Shown piece after piece: positions 56,704 to 64,000 of a stretch of DNA of 64,000 nucleotides. Source of the stretch: Eledone cirrhosa. Lineage: Eukaryota. How positions within the stretch are numbered: position 1 is the stretch's first letter; each line of letters opens with the position of its first letter. The notes beneath the pieces were generated by a model. That model had not been told where the DNA came from. It ran no database searches and was given only the letters and a program-made list of their open reading frames with translations. The stretch lies in NCBI GenBank assembly GCA_964016885.1, contig OZ024756.1:2356001-2420000 (forward strand). Direction: 5' to 3'. The translations under genes and the position numbers were made by a program.

Positions 56704-56748
56704 TATATATAATGTAGTTTATAAACAGTTTATAGGACTGGAGTATAA

Positions 56749-57072
56749 ATAATATAAAATCAAAAGATGGTTAAAAGAGTTCCATGTATTTTATTATGCG
56801 CATTTCAAAAACAAATATCATAATGGGATGATATTTGCGTTCTCATCAGATAAAATAGGGACATGATATGAAGCTTAAAAAACACTTGCGAGCAGTGAAG
56901 TGTTAAATCAACATATGTTGATTTGACACTTCACTGCTCGCAAGTGTTTTTTAAGCTTCATATCATGTCCCTATTTTATCTGATGAGAACGCAAATATCA
57001 TCCCATTATGATATTTGTTTTTGAAATGCGCATAATAAAATACATGGAACTCTTATAACCATCTTTTGATTT

Positions 57073-57080
<8 letters not shown>
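56749..57080. mobile_element. 332-bp near-perfect palindrome (166-bp arms, no spacer) with a hammerhead on each strand
   Basis: Centre AACAT|ATGTT at 56914/56915. Two arm mismatches seen by eye. The right end abuts (TA)n. Confidence 0.85.
56972..57042 (+). ncRNA. Type I hammerhead ribozyme (mirror copy on the minus strand at 56787-56857)
   Basis: Stem I UAUUUUAU/AUAAAAUA; CUGAUGA at 56980-56986; stem II GAACGCAAAUAUCAU(CCCAUU)AUGAUAUUUGUUUUU; GAAA at 57023; palindromic stem III AUGCGCAU; cleavage triplet AUA at 57032-57034. Confidence 0.82.
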
Positions 57081-57112
<32 letters not shown>

Positions 57113-57582
57113 TTTGTGTGTGTATGTGTGTATTTATATATGCATACGTACACACATTTTTAACCCCAGTATTGAGTGCAAAATCTATACTGTATATATA
57201 TATATATATAAGGTATAGCTATTATGTATACACATAATAAATATATATATATATCCACACACACACGTGCATCCACCCTCACAAACACATTACACACACA
57301 CACACACACCCTTTGTCAAGGCATTCTGCTAGGAGAAGGCAACTCAGGAAACTGGGATAACTCCGATATAAAACCTGCGGCTCAGTAGTTACCGATGATG
57401 TTGATCTTTTCTCTTATTTCGGGTTATAGCTAGTGTCGCTCAGAGAGTGGGATTGGCTCAGTGCACAGTCTTTCCTCACTTTAAAACATATCTTCACGCG
57501 CAGGCATTGCACGGTGGCATTAATTAATAATGATTAATAATGTTATATCGTGCAATGGCCATACTCGATAACGAAGGAGCAA

Positions 57583-57623
<41 letters not shown>

Positions 57624-57631
<8 letters not shown>

Positions 57632-57835
57632 TAAAATAACAGATTAAAGTTTAAGCAAAGAATCGCTGCTTTCACCCTTAACGGGATCTTCAGAAGATCC
57701 CGTTAAGGGTGAAAGCAGCGATTCTTTACTTAAACTTTAATCTGTTATTTCAATAAATATTTGCTCTAAGGTTCTTATATATTTGATATATATTTATCCT
57801 TATCGAGCCCTCTTTGGATTTTAGTCCTCAAATTT
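57624..57835. mobile_element. Palindromic element (68-bp arms, 1-nt loop, ~75-bp tail) centred on a degenerate hammerhead core
   Basis: Arms span 57624-57691 and 57693-57760 with 2 mismatches. The minus strand reads CUGAAGA-U-CCC(GUUAA)GGG-U-GAAA-GCAGCGA. Stem I and stem III are not convincing. Flanked by (TA)n and (TTA)n. Confidence 0.7.
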
Positions 57836-57847
57836 TATTATTATTAC

Positions 57848-57883
<36 letters not shown>

Positions 57884-57884
<1 letters not shown>

Positions 57885-58118
57885 TAGGAAAAAGTATGAC
57901 CCCGACGGCAGAGCTCAAGCCGTTTCGACTGCTATTTCTGGACTAGCTATTTAATAGACGCCTATTTCTGGACGGCTTTTTAGTCCAGAAATAGCCGTCG
58001 AAACGGCTTGAGCTCTGCCGTCCGGATCATACTTTTTCCTATTTCCCTCTCTACTACCCTAAGTATTGAGTACTCTGGTGCGTTATGGTCCATCTGGTTC
58101 CTTACCACAATTCCTTTG

Positions 58119-58120
<2 letters not shown>
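57884..58120 (+). mobile_element. Inverted-repeat element (62-bp arms, 35-nt spacer, ~78-bp tail) with the 3' half of a hammerhead
   Basis: Arms at 57884-57945 and 57981-58042. Plus strand: a stem II-like hairpin GACG.CTATTTCTGGAC/GTCCAGAAATAGCCGTC, then GAAA at 58000, CGGC...GCCG and GUC at 58020-58022. CUGAUGA is absent. Homologous to 50816-50968. Confidence 0.72.
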
Positions 58121-58148
<28 letters not shown>

Positions 58149-58157
<9 letters not shown>

Positions 58158-58485
58158 TACAAATAATAATAAAATAGATATTCTTTTGATCAATTACATT
58201 TTATTATACATATTTCGAATGTACAACAGTACGTCCTCATCAGACAAAATATAATGATACATGACATACCCTGAGATGTTAAATGGTTAAGATCTGATGA
58301 GGACGTACTGTTGTACATCCGAAATATGTATAATAAATTATAATTAATCAAAAGAACATTTATTTTATTAATATTTGTATTTTAATATTAATAACTCTGG
58401 AAAATAATTTTTTTTAGCCGTAGAGTGCTTCCAATCTAATGTAAAACTCATTCTTTGATATACTCATTGAATCTTGTTTAACTCG

Positions 58486-58488
<3 letters not shown>
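58149..58488. mobile_element. Inverted-repeat element (96-bp diverged arms, 48-nt spacer, ~100-bp tail) with hammerhead cores on both strands
   Basis: Arms at 58149-58244 and 58293-58388; (TA)n on both sides. Confidence 0.78.
58197..58251 (-). ncRNA. Type I hammerhead ribozyme (a plus-strand copy at ~58292-58334 has the core but almost no stem I)
   Basis: Minus strand: UAUUUUGU-CUGAUGA-GGACGUAC(UGUU)GUACAUUC-GAAA-UAUGUA-UA-AUAAAAUG. Stem I is 8 bp with wobbles. Stem III AUAUGUAU is quasi-palindromic. Confidence 0.78.
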
Positions 58489-58550
<62 letters not shown>

Positions 58551-58964
58551 ATATATATCTAGGTGGAAATATGCTGCACTCTTACCTCTTACCTGTCGCA
58601 GTAGTTGAGACAGTCGAATAAAGTGGTTGAACCACGTCAGTGTGTCTATGTCTGTCTGTGTGTATATATGTGTGTGTGTGTGTATTAGAATGTCTGAGTG
58701 TGTGTCAGTATGTCTGTGTGTGTGTCTTTATGGTTGTTAGTAAGTATGTGTACGTCTGTGTGTGTGTGTGTTAGTATGTCTTTGTGTGTGTTAGTATGTG
58801 TGTGTGTGTTAGTATGTCTCTGTGTGTGTTAGTATGTCTGTGTGTGTGTTTTTGTGTGTGTTAGTATATCTGTGCGTGTATGTCGGAGCGTGTGTAAGTC
58901 TGTGTTTATGAATGTGTTCGACCAACTTTACACACTGTATCTGTGTGTATGTATGTGTGAGTAT

Positions 58965-61370
58965 ATGTATGTCTTTGTGAGTGTATGTATGTGTCTCAGT
59001 GTATGTGTGAGTGTGTATGTCTTTGTCAGTGTATGTATGTGTTTCAGTGTGTTTGTGTGTATGTCTTTGTCAGTGTATGTATGTGTCTCAGTGTATGTGT
59101 GTATGTCTTTGTCAGTGTATGTATGTGTCTCAGTGTATGTGTGTATGTCTTTGCCAGTGTATGTATGTGTCTCAGTGTATGTGTGTATGTCTTTGTCAGT
59201 GTATGTATGTGTCTCAGTGTATGTGTGAGTGTGTATGTCTTTGTCAGTGTATGTATGTGTCTCAGTGTATGTGTGAGTGTGTATGTCTTTGACAGTGTAT
59301 GTATGTGTCTCAGTGTATGTGTGTGTGTGTATGTCTTTGTCAGTGTATGTATGTGTCTCAGTGTATGTGTGAGTGTGTATGTCTTTGTCAGTGTATGTAT
59401 GTGTCTCAGTGTATGTGTGAGTGTGTATGTCTTTGTCAGTGTATGTATGTGTGTCAGTGTATGTGTCTCAGTGTATGTGTGAGTGTGTATGTCTTTGTCA
59501 GTGTATGTATGTGTCACAGTGTATGTGTGAGTGTGTATGTCTTTGTCAGTGTATGTATGTGTCTCAGTGTATGTGTGAGTGTGTATGTCTTTGTCAGTGT
59601 ATGTATGTGCCTCAGTGTATGTGTGAGTGTGTATGTCTTTGTCAGTGTATGTATGTGTCTCAGTGTATGTGTGTGTGTGTATGTCTTTCTCAGTGTATGT
59701 ATGTGTCTCAGTGTATGTGTGAGTGTGTGTGTCTTTGTCAGTGTATGTATGTGTCTCAGTGTATGTGTGTGTGTGTATGTCTTTGTCAGTGTATGTATGT
59801 GTCTCAGTGTATGTGTGAGTGTATGTATGTCTTTGTCAGTGTATGTATGTGACTCAGTGTATGTGTGTGTGTGTATGTCTTTGTCAGTGTATGTATGTGT
59901 CTCAGTGTATGTGTGTGTGCGTATGTCTTTGTCAGTGTATGTATGTGTCTCAGTGTATGTGTGTGTGTGTATGTCTTTGTCAGTGTATGTATGTGTCTCA
60001 GTGTATGTGTGAGTGTGTATGTCTTTGTCAGTGTATGTATGTGTCTCAGTGTATGTGTGAGTGTGTATGTCTTTGTCAGTGTATGTATGTGTCTCAGTGT
60101 ATGTGTGTGTGCGTATGTCTTTGTCAGTGTATGTATGTGTCTCAGTGTATGTGTGTGTGTGTATGTCTTTGTCAGTGTATGTATGTGTCTCAGTGTATGT
60201 GTGAGTGTGTATGTCTTTGTCAGTGTATGTAAGTGTCCCAGTGTATGTGTGAGTGTGTATGTCTTTGTCAGTGTATGTATATGTCCCAGTGTATGTGTGA
60301 GTGTGTATGTCTTTGTCAGTGTACGTATGTGTCTCAGTGTATGTGTGTGTGTCTTTGTCAGTGTATGTATGTGTCTCAGTGTATGTGTGTGTGTGTATGT
60401 CTTTGTCAGTGTATGTATGTGTCTCAGTGTATGTGTGAGTGTGTATGTCTTTGTCAGTGTATGTATGTGTCTCAGTGTATGTGTGAGTGTGTATGTCTTT
60501 GTCAGTGTATGTATGTGTCTCAGTGTATGTGTGAGTGTGTATGTCTTTGTCAGTGTATGTAAGTGTCCCAGTGTATGTGTGAGTGTGTATGTCTTTGTCA
60601 GCGTATGTATGTGTCTCAGTGTATGTGTGAGTGTGTATGTCTTTGTCAGTGTATGTATGTGTATTAGTGTATGTGTGAGTGTGTATGTCTTTGTCAGTCT
60701 ATGTATGTGTCCTAGTGTATGTGTGAGTGTGTATGTCTTTGTCAGTGTATGTATGTGTCCCAGTGTATGTGTGAGTGTGTATGTCTTTGTCAGTGTATGT
60801 ATGTGTATTAGTGTATGTGTGAGTGTGTATGTCTTTGTCAGTCTATGTATGTGTCCTAGTGTATGTGTGAGTGTGTATGTCTTTGTCAGTGTATGTATGT
60901 GTCTCAGTGTATGTGTGAGTGTGTATGTCTTTGTCAGTGTACGTATGTGTCTCAGTGTATGTGTGTGTGTGTGTGTGTCTTTGTCAGTGTATGTATGTGT
61001 CTCAGTATATGTGTGAGTGTGTATGTCTTTGTCAGTGTATGTATGTGTATTAGTGTATGTGTGTGTGTGTATGTCTTTGTCAGTGTATGTATGTGTCTCA
61101 GTGTATGTGTGTGTGTGTATGTCTTTGTCAGTGAATGTATGTGTCTCAGTGTATGTGTGAGTGTGTATGTCTTTGTCAGTGTATGTATGTGTCCCAGTGT
61201 ATGTGTGAGTGTGTATGTCTTTGTCAGTGTATGTATGTGTATTAGTGTATGTGTGTGTGTGTATGTCTTTGTCAGTGTATGTATGTGTCTCAGTGTATGT
61301 GTGTGTGTGTATGTCTTTGTCAGTGAATGTATGTGTCTCAGTGTATGTGTGAGTGTGTGTATGTTTATGT
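58965..61370. repeat. 48-bp GT-rich minisatellite (~50 copies; 42-bp variants near the left end)
   Basis: Unit GTATGTCTTTGTCAGTGTATGTATGTGTCTCAGTGTATGTGTGAGTGT; 16-aa periodicity in the ORF track. Confidence 0.93.
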
Positions 61371-61429
61371 CAGTGTGTGTGTGTGTCTGTGTGTGTGTGT
61401 GTGTGTGTATGTGTCTGTCTGAGTCTGTT

Positions 61430-62390
61430 TGGCTAACAATAAATAAATGTATGTCTGTGTTAATCTAACAATACAGTGTATGTTTATATGTGTATGTCTG
61501 TGTGTGTAAGTGTATGTGTATGTCTGTGTGTATATGTGTATGTCTGTATGTGTATGTGTATGTGTATGCGTCATGTACGTGTGTGTGTTTGTTAGACTAA
61601 CAATAGATATATGTGTGTGTTATTTTAACAATACCAGAGTTGTGTGTATGTGTGTGTGTTAAAGTATCTATAGTAGAAATACAGTAGTAATATATGTGTT
61701 TGTGTGTGTGTACACGTGAGTCTGTGTGTGTGTCTGTGTGTACGTGTGAGTCTGTGTGTGTTTGGCTAACGAGACTAGAGACAGTAGTAGTGTGTGTGTG
61801 TCTGAATGTGTGTGTGTGTGTCTGAATGTGTGTGCGTCTGAGTGTATGTGTGTGACTGTGTGTGTGATGGACTAACAAGACTAGACAGTATTAGTATGTG
61901 TGTGTGTTAGTGTGTATGAGTGTGTGTGTCTTAGTGTGTGTGTTTGGTTAACATGAGTAGACAGTATTAGTATGTGAGTGTGTTTGTGTCAGTGTATGTG
62001 TGTGTGTGTTAGCGTGTATGTGTGTGTGTTACGCTAACATGACTAGACAGTATTAGTATGTGGCTGTGTGTGTGTCTGAGTGTGTGTGTGTGTGCGTCTG
62101 AGTGTGTTTGTGTGTGTGTGTATGTGTTAGTGTGTATGAGTGTGTGTGTGTGTTAGTGTGTATGAATGTGTGTGTGTGTTAGGCTAACATGACTAGACAG
62201 TATTAGTATGTGTGTGTGTCTGAGTGTGTGTGTTATTGTGTGTAACTAACAAGACATGAGATAGTATTAGTATGTGTCTGAGTGTGTGTGTGTATTAGTA
62301 TGTGTGTGTGTGAGTGTGTGAGTGTGTGTGTGTATGTGTGTGTTAGTGTGTGTGTTTGACTAACAAGACTAGAGACAGTATTTTTATGTG
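61430..62390. repeat. Degenerate GT-rich repeat with recurring anchor CTAACAWGACTAGACAGTATTAGTATG
   Basis: Anchor seen at ~61766, 61872, 61948, 62034, 62184, 62246 and 62360, separated by variable (TG)n. Confidence 0.75.
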
Positions 62391-62419
62391 TGTGTAAGAG
62401 AGAGAGAGTGTGTACGTGT

Positions 62420-63860
62420 GTGTGCATGAGTGTGTGTGTATGTTCATGAGTGTGTGTGTATGTTCATGAGTGTGTGTGTATGTTCATGAGTGTGTGTGTA
62501 TGTGTGTGTGCATGAGTGTATGTGTGTGCATGAGTGTGTGTGTATGTTCGTGAGTGTGTGTGTATGTGCATGAGTGTGTGTGTATGTGTGTGTGCATGAG
62601 TGTGTGTGTATGTTCATGAGTGTGTGTGTATGTGCATGAGTGTGTGTGTATGTGCATGAGTGAGTGTGTGTGTATGTTCATGAGTGTGTGTATGTGCATG
62701 AGTGTGTGTGTATGTGCATGAGTGAGTGTGTGTGTGCATGAGTGAGTGTGTGTGTATGTTCATGAGTGTGTGTGTATGTGCATGAGTGTGTGTGTATATG
62801 CATGAGTGTGTGTGTATGTGCATGAGTGAGTGTGTGTGTATGTTCATGAGTGTGTGTGTATGTGCATGAGTGTGTGTGTATGTGCATGAGTGAGTGTGTG
62901 TGTATGTGCATGAGTGTGTGTGTGTGTATGTTCATGAGTGTGTGTGTATGTGCATGAGTGTGTGTGTATATGCATGAGTGTGTGTGTGTGTGCATGAGTG
63001 AGTGTGTGTGTATGTTCATGAGTGTGTGTGTATGTGCATGAGTGTGTGTGTATGTGCATGAGTGAGTGTGTGTGTATGTGCATGAGTGAGTGTGTGTGTG
63101 CATGAGTGAGTGTGTGTGTATGTTCATGAGTGTGTGTGTATGTGCATGAGTGTGTGTGTATATGCATGAGTGTGTGTGTATGTGCATGAGTGAGTGTGTG
63201 TGTATGTTCATGAGTGTGTGTGTATGTGCATGAGTGTGTGTGTATGTGCATGAGTGAGTGTGTGTGTATGTTCATGAGTGTGTGTATGTGCATGAGTGTG
63301 TGTGTATGTGCATGAGTGAGTGTGTGTGTATGTGCATGAGTGAGTGTGTGTGTGCATGAGTGAGTGTGTGTGTATGTTCATGAGTGTGTGTGTATGTGCA
63401 TGAGTGTGTGTGTATGTGCATGAGTGAGTGTGTGTGTATGTGCATGAGTGAGTGTGTGTGTGCATGAGTGAGTGTGTGTGTATGTGCATGAGTGTGTGTG
63501 TATGTGTGTGTACATGAGTGTGTGTGTATGTTCATGAGTGTGTGTGTATGTGCATGAGTGTGTGTGTATGTGCATGAGTGAGTGTGTGTGTATGTGCATG
63601 AGTGTGTGTGTATATGCATGAGTGAGTGTGTGTGTATGTGCATGAGTGTGTGTGTATGTGCATGAGTGTGTGTGTATGTGCATGAGTGTGTGTGTATGTG
63701 TGTGTGCATGAGTGTGTGTGTATGTTCATGAGTGTGTGTGTATGTGCATGAGTGTGTGTGTATGTGCATGAGTGAGTGTGTGTGTATGTGCATGAGTGTG
63801 TGTGTATATGCATGAGTGAGTGTGTGTGTATGTGCATGAGTGTGTGTGTATGTGCAAAGT
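62420..63860. repeat. 20/24-bp minisatellite CATGAGTG(AGTG)TGTGTGTATGTK
   Basis: Directly visible tandem units. Confidence 0.92.
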
Positions 63861-63907
63861 GAGTGTGTGTGTGTTGTCAAACACAACTAGAAGTATTATG
63901 AAACACG

Positions 63908-63956
63908 TGACACTAATATCCGGTGCTCCAGTCCACCCTGCTGGTCAATATTAAGT
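63908..63956 (+). mobile_element. Possible highly decayed CORE-SINE relic
   Basis: GACACTAATATCCGGTGCTCCAGTCCACCCTGCTGG resembles TACACTTCATTTCCCGTTGCACCAGTATACTCAGCTG at ~48478-48514. Confidence 0.3.
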
Positions 63957-64000
63957 TTTACATATAATTCAACGATCAAGTCACACACTGTACCACGCTG

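Noticed and set aside
56016-56717. 15-bp inverted repeat CTACATTATATATAT/ATATATATAATGTAG flanking the retrozyme-like unit, suggesting TIRs
   Set aside because: Mostly (TA)n, with only about 6 informative bases, and no extension outward; likely chance or part of the neighbouring element's tail.
57312-57586. GC-richer island with hairpin GCATTGCACG...CGTGCAATGG, possibly a retroelement 5' UTR or SINE
   Set aside because: I could not assign a family or a ribozyme fold by eye; it needs a repeat-library search.
58842-63886. Long Cys/Val- or His/Thr-rich ORFs (up to 383 aa) resembling metallothionein or His-rich proteins
   Set aside because: They arise from stop-poor GT minisatellites that are open in several frames and on both strands.

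Overview
Eukaryotic, repeat-dominated, essentially non-coding DNA. The SINE types and dense AT/GT microsatellites suggest a mollusc, probably a cephalopod such as Octopus (inference). Bases 1-~48,497 are one head-to-tail 52-bp satellite with nested multi-kb duplications (offsets 7142, 5631, 5210, 3268 bp). At its right end the array runs directly into the 3' half of a CORE-type SINE, so the monomer looks like an amplified internal SINE segment. The remaining 15.5 kb holds a tandem cluster of a second SINE, a candidate 24-nt microexon, a decayed R4/Dong-like LINE fragment next to a (TAA)n tract, and several mini- and microsatellites. The main discovery is a cluster of short non-coding elements in (TA)n tracts between 50.8 and 58.5 kb. 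Most are long inverted repeats. Four carry complete type I hammerhead ribozyme folds (CUGAUGA/GAAA/UH with palindromic or near-palindromic stem III) and three carry partial or degenerate cores. One is a ~525-bp hairpin-rich unit flanked by direct repeats, with retrozyme architecture. These resemble Penelope-like-element pseudo-LTR derivatives. Apart from the LINE fragment and possibly the microexon, the ORFs in the track appear to be artefacts of repeats or low-complexity sequence.
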